Positions 40,383 through 54,840 of a DNA stretch of 64,000 nt are shown here, piece after piece. Position numbers and translations under genes: made by a program. Source of the stretch: Eledone cirrhosa (taxonomy: Eukaryota). Below the pieces are notes generated by a model that was not told where the DNA came from, made no database searches, and worked only from the letters and a program-made list of their open reading frames with translations. Where the stretch lies: positions 31,372,001-31,436,000 of the forward strand of contig OZ024747.1 of the NCBI GenBank assembly GCA_964016885.1. The letters are read 5' to 3'. How positions within the stretch are numbered: position 1 is the first letter of the stretch; every line of letters starts with the position of its first letter.

Positions 40383-41028
40383 AATTATATTGTATTATTT
40401 ATTATACATTAAATTTAGCTCTGGTACTTACATAGAGCACTCTTCACTCCTATGACTTTTTCAATTTTCAATGGAAACTTCAATACTTATATATATATAT
40501 ATATCAATAATATTAATAAATGGAAACTATCTTTATAAAACCATATTCATTTGATTATATATATTTCAAGGGTACCAGTATTTTGGTACGCTCTCATCAG
40601 ATAAAATACAAAAGTTGGATTACAGATAGTGACATATCTACATATGAACTTAATGTTTTGAGTTCTATGTAAAATAGTGAATAAAACTTCAAACCTCGAG
40701 ATGAATATGCTAATGAGGATAATGTTAAAACTGAAAAAGACCATTATGCTTAGACGCTAGGTATAGTTAAATAATTATTAGAATTATTTTTTAACAACAA
40801 AAGGAAAGACAAGTTACTATTAAGGTGGAAGAAAAAATTGAATAAAATATTTTAAGAAAAAAATATTTAAAGCTACTTAATCTGTTATAAATTAACTTTG
40901 TTGAATAATTAACAAATTAAATACCTCATTGTTTATATATATATATATATATATATAAATGTAAGTATGTATGTATACGTACATACATATATGTATACAG
41001 ACGTACAGTAGCATGCATATATATATAC

Positions 41029-41065
<37 letters not shown>

Positions 41066-41122
41066 TACGTAGGCTAAACTGATGCGTGCATATATGTATG
41101 TGTACCTGTATGCATATGTGTA

Positions 41123-41159
<37 letters not shown>

Positions 41160-41286
41160 GTATATATATATGCATGCTACTGTACGTCTGTATACATATA
41201 TGTATGTACGTATACATACATACTTACATTTAAGTAAGTGCCATACTAAGAGTGAGAAATGAAATTCCGTTTTCATTTTTTTTTTC

Positions 41287-41339
<53 letters not shown>

Positions 41340-41422
41340 TAGGTCCCGGGTTGAGTCGGGGATAACCACAGTAAGTAAGGTACTCAATACATGGCAGAGT
41401 GAAATTTTTCATTTTATAGAAG

Positions 41423-41472
41423 GAGCTTCTACAGGACTAGTACTGTTTCATTCAGATGAAATCTTCAGGAAG

Positions 41473-41475
<3 letters not shown>
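41423..41475 (-). ncRNA. Canonical-core type-I hammerhead motif, family B
   Basis: GAGCTTC-CTGAAGA-TTTCAtcTGAAT-GAA-ACAG tACTAGTc CTGT-A-GAAGCTC, giving a 7-bp stem I and a GUA triplet. Confidence 0.8.
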
Positions 41476-41536
<61 letters not shown>

Positions 41537-41559
41537 ATCTTTGTTATAGAGAAATGACC

Positions 41560-41603
41560 TTCACAGGACTAGAACTGTTTCTTTCATATGAAATCATCAG
41601 GAA
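41560..41603 (-). ncRNA. Second family-B hammerhead (cleavage-site nucleotide missing)
   Basis: TTC-CTGATGA-TTTCATATGAAA-GAA-ACAG ttctagtc CTGT-GAA. Confidence 0.55.
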
Positions 41604-41993
41604 TATGCATATAATAAATGTTTCTATAATAAAGATGCCTATACTCTACTAATGTATTAAGACCATTTTAAACTGTAGTTACCCTCCAAAACAACTCAGG
41701 AATCTTCATGTATACATGTATATTATTCTATCTCACATTCTATTTTTTGATGGAAGTCTAAAGTGTAAATTAATGCCTTTTTGCTTCTATATCAAGTGTT
41801 AAACTAATATATATCATGATAATATTGTATTGTTCTCCTGAATTGTTTTTCCTTGATGACATTTTGCATAAACATACACTCACACACAGATACACACATA
41901 TATATTTACTTGTGTGTGATTTCATATTATGAAAGAAGGAACACACGATATGTAAACTTGGAGGTACTTTATATATATATACTAATACATTAT

Positions 41994-42312
41994 GGAGGCA
42001 TGGCTTAGTGGTTAGAGCATTGGCCTTGCAATCGAAAGGTTGTGAGTTCAATTCTCAGACCGGGTGATGTGTTGTTTCCTTGAGCAAGACACTTTATTTC
42101 ACATTGCTCCAGTTTACTCAGCTGTAGAAATCATTCCACTGCAAAGTGGTCATGTAGGTGCCACTGCAAAAAGCACCCAGCACTCACTGTAAATGAGGTT
42201 GGTGTTAGGAAGGGCATCCAGCTGTAGAAATCAAGCCACAATCAGTTCCCACCCCACCCTTGCAAGCAGGGAAAAGTGGACGTAAAATGATGATGATGAT
42301 GATGATGATGAT
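41994..42312 (+). mobile_element. SINE family 2, full length, with an RTE-derived 3' end
   Basis: A box TGGCTTAGTGG, B box GAGTTCAATT, central CCTTGAGCAAGACACTTTA. 3' part matches the RTE 3' UTR and ends in (GAT)n. Confidence 0.88.
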
Positions 42313-42471
42313 TATATGAGCTGGATATTCAAGGAACTATCAGTCTCATAGTTTTATGAAAAGTTGTATGTACAGCCTATCATCACTAATCTTCAGCTAT
42401 GAATAAGTCCATAAAGATCTGGAATGATGGTTACTTCCAGTGGTTAGATGCTTCAATATTATAAAAAGGCT

Positions 42472-42602
42472 TTGTATATGATATTAATAATAGAGAATGA
42501 TGATAAATGTTACAATATTCTTTGGAAAAATTCTGTTTCTTTTTACTCTTATGGATTTCTTTTAATTTCTATATTTCTTTCATACACACAAACAACCATC
42601 AT

Positions 42603-42634
<32 letters not shown>

Positions 42635-42865
42635 AGGATAGCAGTGAACATACTTATACTACAACAACAATATATATATATATATATTGGCAGTACTGCT
42701 AATACTGGAATTGAAATATCAAGACCATAGAAGTATGTCATATATCAAATCATATATTTTATCCGACGAGGACGTACTGAAAAAACAACAAAGTACCTTC
42801 GAAATATATATAATAAAGCATATATTTTGATTATGTGAATATCTTCATTTGTTAATATTTTGAAT

Positions 42866-42896
<31 letters not shown>

Positions 42897-43140
42897 ATCT
42901 GTTTTTTTAACTATTGAGCGCTTGCCAGTATTTCTACGATTTTGTGTTTCACTTCGCTTTTTCTACCAGCCGAAATACGATTCTCGCTGAATTATATATA
43001 TATATATAGGAACGAGTAGGACCCCGACAACTGAGCTCAGCCGTCGGGTCCTACTCGTTCCTATTACCCACTCTACTACCCTAAGTATTGAGTACTTTGG
43101 TGTGTTATGGTCCACCTGGTTCCTTACCACATTTCCTTCG

Positions 43141-43194
<54 letters not shown>

Positions 43195-43387
43195 TATATG
43201 GATACATATGTATTTTTATTTATCCTTATATATATATATATATGTGTGTGTGTGTGATGATGGTTGTTTGTGTGTATGAAAGAAATATAGAAATTAAAAG
43301 AAATCCATAAGAGTAAAAAGAAACAGAATTTTTCCAAAGGATATTGTAACATTTATCATCATTCTCTATTATTAATATCATATACAA
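42472..43387. repeat. About 150-bp inverted duplication flanking a cluster of (TA)n-embedded inserts
   Basis: 42472-42620 is the near-perfect reverse complement of about 43240-43387. Confidence 0.9.
42758..42817 (+). ncRNA. Hammerhead motif, family C (CCGACGA core)
   Basis: TTTAT-CCGACGA-GGA cGTACT..AGTACc TTC-GAA-ATATATAT-A-ATAAA. Confidence 0.55.
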
Positions 43388-43660
43388 TGTGATTTAGAAA
43401 AAAAAAATTGATTATTTCTTTTTCTCTTTTTCCCTTCGCACATTGTTATTTAAAGTGCAATACTGCAAGGTAAATAAAATTTCCAGAAGTGAACAAGTAG
43501 AATTTTCCTGTAAAGGTTTTGATATTTTCTGCTGAACTTTTGAGAATGTCACTGGGGAAAGAATGAAGAAAGCAAAATAATTTGACATGTTTAAACTTTA
43601 TATATATATATATATATATATCATCATCATCATCATCGTTTAACGTCCATCTTCCATGCT

Positions 43661-43706
<46 letters not shown>

Positions 43707-43897
43707 CATATTCTTTCTTCAAAATTTTTTTTATACTGTTTATTTTTTGTCTTTGTCTGTTTGTTTTCTATTCTGATATTTTCTCTATATGTGTGTATAT
43801 GGATGTGTGTGTGTTTCATTTCTTTTCTTATCTTTTTCTTCAGCTTGCTGTTGATGCTCTCTTTGTCCTCCTCCTTATCCCTAGATGTTATTGTCAT

Positions 43898-44376
43898 GGA
43901 CGCCATGCTTTGTAGTATAGAGTTACGGCCCTTTACGGTCTGAGTTCAAATCCCGCCGAGGTTAACTTTGCTTTTCATCCTTACAGGGTCGATAAAATAA
44001 AGTACCAGTAATGCACTGGGATAATTGCTGGCCTTGTGCCAAAAGTAGAAATAATTATTATTTATAATATATTTTCCTATACATACACAGTATCTCTAAC
44101 ATAATCCCTACCTAAATTGGATTAACATAGAATAGTAGTATATGTCTAAATAAACGTATTTAAGACTATTCAACAGAATTCGTAAGGGCGGTGAATTGGC
44201 AGTATTGGTAGAGGGTCGGTAGCCATGCTTTGACGAATAGAGTTACGGCCCTTGCCATTCTGAGTTCAAATCCCGCCGAGGTTAACTTTGCTTTTCATCC
44301 TTACGGGGTCGATAAAATAAAGTACCAGTAATGTACTGGTATTTGCTGGCCTTGTGCCAAAAGTAGAAACAATTAT
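43898..44376 (+). mobile_element. Two SINE family 1 copies (43898-44055 and 44187-44376)
   Basis: Same B box, core and tail as the other copies. Confidence 0.9.
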
Positions 44377-47058
44377 GACCATAATATTCCTTGGCACTAT
44401 ATAAATGATACCATCACTACTGTTGCCTTCTCCAACTGCCAACACCACTCATGTCACATCCCACCAATACTGCTACCATCACTGACACCAGCAGCACCAT
44501 TGCTGTCCTTCCTCATTACCACCAGTCAACAAAGCTACCCTCCCCAACCACCACTACCACCACCACCACTACTACTACCACCATGACCACCACTACTACC
44601 ACCACCATCACAACCATCATGACAGGCACTAACAATTGTGGCAGCATTGCTGTCCTTTTCAACTACCATAACTGTCAACACATCTGTCCCTCCCACCTCC
44701 ACTGACACCACCACCATCATCATTAGAGTGTCTTCAATTTACTGCAGTCTTTGCTTCAGTACTCCACTGAGGATGTCAGCAATATCACAGGTGTCATGAT
44801 ATGTCATCTATAATTTTCCCTTCATCACTTCTGACCTACCTAGTATTAAGTTGATATTTTGGCAGCTTGTCCATAGAGCACAGATTCAGCAAGATAACAT
44901 GAAAGAACATTTCAGATCAATGTGTCCAGCAATAGTAGTTGTATTATTTGGTGGTGATGGTGGTGGTGGTTATAGTGGTATTTAGTAGTAAAAGCAAGTT
45001 TATGTGGGTTTTTTTTAAATGTTGGGGATGGGAGTAGGGTTGCTGTCTGAGTTGTAAATGCCACATGTATATATGATTTGGTCAATCACTGTCATTATCA
45101 CCACAACCATCATCACTTAACACTGACTTCCCTGCTGGCAAGGGTTTGATCAGTGATGATGATGATGATAATTTTTATGCAGGGTTTTGGGGTTGTGCAT
45201 CCTTCCTATCACTAACCACTTTAGCCCATTAGCATTTAAACTGGCCATATCCGGCCAGAATTCTCTCACTTCTTTCTGTTCAAACTAACTGTAACCAGCC
45301 ACTCATACTGTTGTTAAGATATTGTTTTCAAAATAAATAACATCAAAATCTTGTAGATTCGATATTATATGAGATAATTATGTATGGTAAAGCCTTTACC
45401 ATAAAAATATAATAGAGTAAATATAGATTTAATGGAGACTGGGTGCATTCTTTCTGCCACCAGCACTGAAGACTGTGTCTGAGCTATAGATTTTTCATAG
45501 ATCACTTCCATAAAAATCCCAAAACAAAAACCTTTCATTCCTTGTTAAAACTTTTTATTATAAAATTCTATAGCTCAATGATGAAATTGCAAAAAATTAT
45601 ATTTCTTCCATTTTTAAATATATATTATATACAGTAAGTAAGGAGGATTCATAAGCCTTACAGGCAGCATGGTAATCTCTCTAATGTTAGTGCCATGACA
45701 TAATTTACCAGTACTCTGTATAGTGGTCAAGAATAAAACAGAGACAACCGAGTAGAGAAGGTTTTTTTAGTGTTGCCAAGAACATAACCTCTCAGTAAAA
45801 TGTACCCTGTAAACTCTGTAAAATAGCTGTTTTTAAGAAGGAAATCTAGTTGAAGAAACTTGGCTAAAATTCTATAACACAAGCAGGATCTGGTCTGTAA
45901 GACAGATGTATACGGACGGATGTTTGGGAAAACTAATGGTATTTATATTCGTAAAAATTATTGACTAAAGTTCACAAAATGGATAGTGTTAATAGCAGCA
46001 CTGAGAATATTGGCTTGTAGAATGCTCTTGGGAAGAAATAAATAAAGAGAACACTAAATGAAGGATAGAGCAAACATGTGAAAAAGGTGTTAATAGGGGG
46101 GTCAGTGGCAAAGTGAGAAGAGGGTAGGGAAAAATTGTTTTAAATGGAGACTAAAAATAATGGCAGACATTGACGTGTTAAATGGCTGCAACAGATTAAA
46201 GAATGTTATAAATATATAAATATATGTATAAGCAAATATATAAATCATAGGTCTGAATATATGGCGTAATTATTTTTTTAAAATTTAACTCGTAAAGGTT
46301 TTCACCAACTGTTGGAATTGTAGTGATGTCATTATAATATACACAATGTCTTTGGTATTTTAAACTTGGTGAAACAAATTCCAGTCCAGCTAGTTTTTCC
46401 TTTTCTTTTCTTCTTCTTCTTCTTCTTCTTCTTTTGAGAGATAATGAATTATCACCAACCTTGACCAGATGAAAAAAGAAGTTGTTTTGGCAAGGTTTTG
46501 AATTCAGAGTGCAGACAACCTGATATACTATACTATATTCTATCAGAGCACAAACAGCCAAAACAAATCAATCAATAAAATCGATCCATCGAATTGATTG
46601 ACAAGATCCTAGACTTTATTCATTTACTGAGTGGTGTAGAACTCGGCAAATCACACAAAGGAAAATATGTAAGAGGGAAATGATGAAAATGATAAAAAGG
46701 ACCAAAATTTATAAAGAAAAAAATAAGGTTACAATATTCTCACCAAAGAGAGTTAAAATCTTAATGAGCGAAACTTAGTGATAAATAGGTACTAGAAATA
46801 ACATGGAATTCCATCACTGTAATTGTAAATTACACAACTTCTTTTCTTTGAGATGCCTATCATGATAATGGTATTTTTAGACAGTCCTCTAATATAGTTC
46901 CATAGGATAGTTTACAGGGATATAAATTGACATCAGTATGTGACTACTATTTTATTTCATTTTATCAACCCCAGAAGGATAAATGGCAAAGTTAAGCTCA
47001 ATAGGATTTAAACTTAAAATTTCAATTTTATTCAATCATTATTATGAACGTCATCCTT

Positions 47059-47245
47059 GGTGGTGGATTGGCAGTATCGGTAGAAGGTCGGACGCCATGT
47101 TTTGCAACAAAGAGTTACGGCCCTTTATGGTCTGAGTTCAAATCCTGCCGAGGTTAACTTTGCCTTTCGTCCTTACGGCGTCTATAAAATAAAGTACCAG
47201 TAATACACTAGGATAATTGCTGGCCTTGTGCTAAAAGTAGAAACA
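47059..47245 (+). mobile_element. SINE family 1, full length, with 18-bp TSD
   Basis: TSD ATTATGAACGTCATCCTT at 47041-47058 and 47246-47263. Confidence 0.93.
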
Positions 47246-47283
47246 ATTATGAACGTCATCCTTATTGAGTCAACTTTAATGAA

Positions 47284-47446
47284 TATTGTCATCACTATCA
47301 CCTGCAGATCTATCTGTATTGTCATCACTATCACCTGCAGATCTATCTGTATTGGCATCACTATCACCTGCAGATCTATCTGTATTGGCATCACTATCAC
47401 CTGCAGATCTATCTGTATTGTCATCACCATCACCTGCAGATCTATC
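47284..47446. repeat. 33-bp minisatellite, about 5 copies
   Basis: Unit TATTGTCATCACTATCACCTGCAGATCTATCTG. Confidence 0.92.
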
Positions 47447-47672
47447 TTTATTATAAACATTATTAACTCCAGATATTAATATCACCAGCACTATGAACTG
47501 AACATCTTTTGATATTGTCATTATTATAATCTTCTCATCTATCATCCTTGTCACCACAATCATGTGTAGATCAATCTTTCTTCTCAACATTATTAACTCC
47601 AGATCTAGAGTTATTGTCCTAACTCGCTACTGATTTTTGTCATCATTATAATCTTCACATCATTATAATCTT

Positions 47673-48118
47673 ACGGTCTGAGTTCAAATCCCGCCGAGGT
47701 TGACTTTGCCTTTCATCTTTACGGGGTCGATAAAATAAAGTACCAGTAATGCACCGGGTAATTGCTGGCCTTGTGCCTAAAGTAGAAACAATTATAATCT
47801 TCACATCTAATATTATTCTGACCACTATCAACTCTACACCTATCTTTATTGTCATAACTATCACCTGTAGAGCTCTCACTATTGCCCTCATTAGCAACTC
47901 CAGATATATAATTACTACATCTTTTGACATTATCATATTAACTCCAGATATATTATTACCACCAACACTACAAGCTATACATCTACCAATATTGCTATCA
48001 TTATTACTTACAGATATCCCGCCGAGGTTGACTTTGCCTTTCATCCTTACGGGGTCGATAAAATAAAGTACCAGTAATGCACTGGGTAATTGCTGGCCTT
48101 ATGCCTAAAGTAGAAACA
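47673..48118 (+). mobile_element. Two 5'-truncated SINE family 1 copies (47673-47790 and 48018-48118)
   Basis: TSDs ATTATAATCTT and ATTATTACTTACAGATAT. Confidence 0.9.
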
Positions 48119-48393
48119 ATTATTACTTACAGATATATTACCAACGCTATCAACTATTCATCTGTCAATATTGTCATCAGTATTACTTACATATATATTA
48201 CTACTACCATCATTATCAACACCAAATCTATTGTTATTGACACCTTTATTAACATCACATCTATCATTGTTGTCATCGTTATTAATTTACCCAATACAAA
48301 CACTATTCTGAGTTTTCTATCAAGTACAGATTTATATCATGGAAATATTAATGTATTATTTTCATAGATATATATCTCTAAACATATTTACAC

Positions 48394-48453
<60 letters not shown>

Positions 48454-48457
48454 CCCC

Positions 48458-48491
<34 letters not shown>

Positions 48492-48643
48492 TAGGCATAT
48501 ACACATATACACATATACATACATGAAACGACTAAGCTGGAACGTAGAAGTCACAGTCACTTTTGTACTTAGAAAATATATTTCTACACATTACCTATGT
48601 TTGAATGTTTTAAATCATATGGTATGTTAACAAATATTCTTAT

Positions 48644-48735
<92 letters not shown>

Positions 48736-51242
48736 GTTTCTTAACAATAAAAATAGAAATGTAGACATCATTTTTACAATTTATGTGATATGCATATTTG
48801 TTTATATATATATATATATATATACACATCTAGAAATATGTTTATGCATATCATATCACATTGTACAAATCATTTCTATTATATATGTCAATGTAATGTG
48901 CTTGTGTATGTGTATAAAAATTAATATTTCAGGGAAATATCTTATGATTAAGTATCATCAATCTTTGAAAGTCTTTAAAAAAATCGATTTAAAACTGTTA
49001 TGTGAAGGTTTTGCTGCTTCAGTCTATATTGAAAACATTTCAGCATGGAAAACAGAGATATAATTGTAGTGAATTTAACCATTTGGAGGTACATAATGGA
49101 GAAGTAGAAATTTCGACTAATCACAAACAATTCATCCATCGTAATTTTGAAATAATTTTAAATTACTTACATGCAAACAAAACTTTCAGTGCAAATTTTA
49201 ATCTATTGTGCTAAAGTTGAATACAATAATAATTGTTTCTACTTTTGGCACAAGGCCAAAGATTGGAAGGAAGGGGAAATTCAATTAAAATAACCCAGTG
49301 CATTACACATACTTTATTTTATCGATGAAAGGCAAAGCTAACTTTGCTGGTATTTGAACTCAGATGCAACTCTATACTACAAAGCATGCTGTATGACGCT
49401 GATACCTGTTTCTCTATATTATATCAAACTTATTGAGACCTATTTTAAAGCTAGGTTCTGTCAACAAATTCACACATTTAAGAAATCTGAAGAGAAATTT
49501 GAGACAAATCATTGATTTTTTAAAGAAAAATACCTAGCCGGTATCTTGGAGATATTGAGTTTAATTCTTCATAGCAGACACTGAAACATTTTTTCCACCA
49601 CCTCTAAGGGTTTTAACTGATTTTTAGAAGGTATTTTATAGCCACTGACTGTATTTGTAGTTATTTTCTGCACCCGAGCTCCTACATCTTATAATAAATT
49701 TTCCTCACCACCTTCGTAAGTTTGAAAATTCAAGTTTCCCTCATGACATTTGTATACACAAACAGACACACACATATATACATACACATAAGTATATCTT
49801 CATCAACATGTGTGAACTATTTTGTTTACATAATATAATTTTCCTAAATCTGTCTAACCTATTAGATTTAAATTACAAATGTTTCATAAAATAGAATTCA
49901 ATTTAAACACAATTACTGAATTCAATTTTTATAAATCTTGCTAATATATTTATTATATTACTTAAATTCTTCTTAATATGTAGTGGTGCGTATGGATGTG
50001 TTTCTGCATATCTATGTATATTTGTGTGTACATGTGTATGTGTTTGGTCAGGGGATAAATTCTCATAATGTTTGCACATATAAACTAGGATATATCATAC
50101 ATACACACACATGTATACATATATGTATACATGTGTGTGTGTGTGCATACAGACATACATATGTATATATATATATGCATGTCATATGTACACACACACA
50201 TGTATACATAGATTACACATACACAGACATGTATACATATATAACACTCACACATACATGTATACATATCATACATACACATATGTATACATATATCATC
50301 ATCTTCATCATTATTATTTTATTTACTTTAGTTGACCTAATATGAGATGCAATAATGTATGATGTTTCTTATATGTTTTAATGAGATAGGCTTCAGTTCT
50401 ATTATGAAAGATGTTTCTAACATGTTTCAATAAGAGGGACCCCAGTTCAAATATGTCAACGTTTTTCACATGACAGGAGACATACTCAGGAGACATGGAG
50501 CTTTAAAAGATGCTGCAAGGCTAAGGTCCAACAATTCCCCTAATCTACCACTCTGGGCTGACACTTTATTTATCATGTATGATCCCATACCTCCTGGGGG
50601 AATCCTAGAGGGGCTTTATCGCCTTTCCAAGTCAGAATACAGCAGATTTCTTTCAGAAAAGGATAGACAGTGAGAGAATGAAGGGGAGAAAGAGATATAG
50701 AAGATGAATAAACACCAGTACTTGACTGGTACTTTTTATCAACCTCGGATGAATGAAAGACAAAGTTGACCTCCATAAATGACGAAAGCTAAAACTGTCT
50801 TCAGTGGGATTTGAACCCAGAGTGGTGAGATGTTGAACAGTTACAGTAAGGCATTTCATCTGACACATTAATGAAGCTACCAATTCATTGCCTATCAATA
50901 ATTATGGACAGATATTATTATATTTACTTGATGTTATAGAGTCAATCCAATATCAGTGCATGAAAACTTCTTAGGATGTAAGTTATGTTGTTGTTGTCTT
51001 TAGCTTTTTATCAAGCAATTCTATTCATTACAAAACAATTATAAAAACACACATCTTACTTTCTGAACACAGTGTATCTAAGTCTACATTATTAAATGTG
51101 TCCTCCTTGTCCCTTTTTTTATCAAAGATAGGTGTCCAACAGGAAGGACATGGGAAGTTCTATGTGGCTATAAAATAGCAGCCAATTCTCAACACATCTT
51201 AGAGAAGTGGACACATATTGAATAATATGTTTTGGGTGCCTA

Positions 51243-51672
51243 AGAGAGAAAATGTAGGATAGTCACAGCTAAAATAGCTTTGATTACAGGTATGCTCTGA
51301 CAGAACACTACTGAGATAAATATAGAGGATAGTGGCAGCTAAAACAGCTTTGATTACAGGTATGCTCTGACAGAACACTACCTGAGATAAATATAGAGGA
51401 TAGTGGCAGCTAAAATAGCTTTGATTACAGATATGCTCAGTCAGAATCCTACCTGAGAGAAAAAAGACAGAATAATCACAGCTAAAATAGCTTTGATTAC
51501 AGGTGTGTTCAGTCAGAACTATCTGAGAGAGAAAAGACAGGATAATCACAGCTAATTATAAAATCATAGCTTTGATTACGGGTGTGATCTATTAGAATAC
51601 TGCTTGAGAGAAATATACCAGATAGTCACAGCTGGAATAGCTTTGATTACAGATGAGCTCAGTCAGAACTGA
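51243..51672. repeat. About 71-bp diverged tandem repeat, 6 copies
   Basis: AGCTTTGATTAC recurs near 51276, 51346, 51417, 51489, 51568 and 51639. Confidence 0.9.
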
Positions 51673-51840
51673 CTGGGTGGATAGAAGAAGCATCATTGGA
51701 TAGGACCAGCTATGTTTACTTGTGGGATCACATGATAATTATATTTATGTAACTAACAACATTCTGAATAAATAGAACAATCTTCTTTGTGAGTGTGTCT
51801 GTATGAGAGAGAGAGAGGGGGAGAGAGAGAGAGAGAGAGA

Positions 51841-51884
<44 letters not shown>

Positions 51885-52719
51885 AATTATGTTCTATAAC
51901 TCAGTGGATTCAATATAAAGAATTATGTGCTCATGTACAGTGATGCTATAAAATAGCTTATAAAATAGGTTGAAGACTCACAAAAGATGGAAAAAGAAGT
52001 AACCATCAAGCTGAAATGTTTTTTAAGGATCTTCACTATGTTTCACAAGCAATTTTATAGCATTTATGTGCATGAGGACATCATTCTTTGTATTAAATCT
52101 ATATTCTCGGTGATTAAAAATGCCAGTGATCAGCTAAATATAAGCTAAGAATAATTTCTTACTTAAAGAAAAACAAAAAGACAAATGAAAGCTGACATGA
52201 CAAGCAACCAGCCATAGAATAAAGCCTCAAAAGGTTTCATCCAACATATGTAAGGGTGGAAAAATGGTGATGATGATGATAATGTGATGTGATTGATATT
52301 TGAGGGCAGTTTTGAGAAAATGTGTTAAGAGGCACTGTGTATTAAAATGTGAGTAGCTGAAGCCATAAACAATGCTGAGATTTTTTATATACATTTCTAT
52401 TTAAAGTATGACATTCAGCTTTCTCATCTATCAATATTTCAGACTAATGATATATGTATGTATGTATGTGTATATATATATATAAATATGTGTGTGTGTG
52501 TGTTTGTGGCAGGCACATATATATATCTATCTAACTCTCTATATATAGAGAGAGACATACACACCATCATCATCATCATCATTTTACGTCCGCTTTTCCC
52601 TGCTTGCACACACACAAATACATATATATATATACATAAATACACACACCCACACATATATATATATACATAAATACACACACACACACACACACATATA
52701 TATAAATACACACACATAG

Positions 52720-52792
<73 letters not shown>

Positions 52793-54572
52793 AATGTATA
52801 TGTTCATATATCTCTATATGAAGCACATAATTTAGATCAGCTTGCTTGATTTTCATTCTGATTCCGCCTGGCTAAAACCATGTCATACTTTCATACCACA
52901 GTCTTTTGTAGTTAGCAACAACAAGAGTATCTCACTATAAATAGATAGTTCTATTTGGAGTGTTGAAATGTCCAAATATGTTAAAAGAAATCATTGCAAT
53001 TACGATAACATGGTGATATTGTAAAAGCAACAGCTAGAAATCTTTGGGAAATAGATGGGGACATGCATAACATATATTCAGAAATTTATATATAAAATAT
53101 ATTTAAAACAAGAAAAAAACTGATATACAAACATGTGTCAATGTATATACATATGTATGTACAGTTGTGGCAGTTGCGTGTGTTTATATGTGTGTGTGTG
53201 TGTGAATGTGCACAAACACAGATCATGTATGTATGTGCACACCCACACTTATGTATATTATATGTATATATTAAATATATGTATGTGTGTGTATATATAT
53301 ATATATTATTTATATATACACATGTGTGCGTCAGTGCATGTGTATGTAAATTTGAGCATGTATGTTTGTGTGTGTTTGTCTGTATATATATATTACTTAT
53401 ATATACACATATATATGTATGTAGTTTCATTGGTCATGTAATTAAATAGATTGCATATCAAGTCTGATCAGAAGGAACAAACAGGACAGTTAAAATATGT
53501 CGTAATCAGCAATACTGTGTAATATCTGCTGTAAAGAATACTGCAGCTGATAGAAATGACAAAATAGAAAACAAAATATTATGTAATGACAGCAATAGAT
53601 GAGGAGGGAGGAGGGACATATTAAAGACAAAGAAAGAGGGTGTGTGTGAGAAAGAGAAACGTACAAAGAGAAAGAGAGAGAGAGCAGCTCTGTGTGCATA
53701 TGAGAGAGAGAGAGAGATACATAGAGAGAAAGAGACTGTGTGTGAGAGAGAAAGGGAAAGAGGAGGAGAGAGAGAGCGAGTGAGAGCTAAAGAGTGCAGT
53801 TATGTGTGGATGGGAGAGGGAGCTAGAGAGAGAGAGAGGGGATGAAATAGAGGGAACAGAGTAGGTGAGTGTGCACGGAAGATAGAGGGTGAGAGTGAGA
53901 GTAAGGGAGCAAGAGAAAGAGAGATATAGTGAGAGGGTGAGAGAAAAATAGAGAGAGAGCAGCTGTGTATGCATGTGGGAGAGGGGGAGAGAGAGATAGA
54001 GAGAGGAAGAGAGAAAGACAGTGGGAGGGAAAGAAAAAGTGAGAAAGAGAGATAATGAAAGACTAACTCCAAACATTGGAGACAATTAATCATAACTAAT
54101 ATGTCAATGTAGTTAGATATAATGGAGAGATTTCCACTGATTCCAACCTGATAAATGACAGTGTTGTAGATATGTTGTGTACTCTATGTCTCAATTCTCC
54201 CAGTTTTCTATGTTCAAATCCTATCAAAGTCAAGTTTTTTGTCATTCATTTCTGCCATTGGCTCTATAATATTATAAAGCTGAGGGTCGTGTGTATGTAT
54301 TATGTATGTATCCTACACACCTCCCTATAGTTTTTTAGCTTTACTCTCTCTCGCTCTTCCCTCTCTCTATAATAGATCATTCCCCCTCTCTATAATTTAA
54401 CTGCTTTACTCTCTCTGTCGCTCTTCACTCTCAAATATTATAAAGTGTCGTCTTTCTCTCTCCCTCTTTCACCCTCTCTATAATTTAACTGCTTAACTCT
54501 CTGTCTCTCTTCACTCTCTATATGACAACCCTCTTTTACTTTCTGTATCTACCTTCAATATATCAATATATA

Positions 54573-54840
54573 CCCAGGTTCTGCTGCACGTCGAGCTGAG
54601 GGGGCCAAATTCCTCAAATACCGGTCGCTCTCCAACAGATTTGCGGTCGTACCCCTGGCAGTGGAGAATTCTGATGTCCTCGGCCCCAGGGCCCATAGGT
54701 GCTGAGCTGGCCAGCCGCCGTTGTGAGCCCTGCGAGTTGGAGTGGCTTTTCCAGCGCGTCTCCCTTGGCGTCCTCCGGAGAAACGCCTTCTCCATTCTGT
54801 CCGACGGGGCTGTGGGTGGGCCCCATCGTGTACCGTTGTA
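54573..54840 (+). mobile_element. CRE-like 3' fragment (RLE C-terminus)
   Basis: PGSAARRAEGAKFLKYRSLSNRFAVVPLAVENSDVLGP..WLFQRVSLGVLRRNAFSIL is homologous to 13280-13495. Confidence 0.85.

Noticed and set aside
41994-42065. tRNA gene
   Set aside because: A and B boxes are present, but there is no clean cloverleaf and the sequence continues into a SINE body.
47182-47590. Repetitive proteins (IDLQVIVMTIQ or DRSAGDSDANT repeats)
   Set aside because: The 33-bp unit is open in several frames on both strands and sits among SINE insertions.
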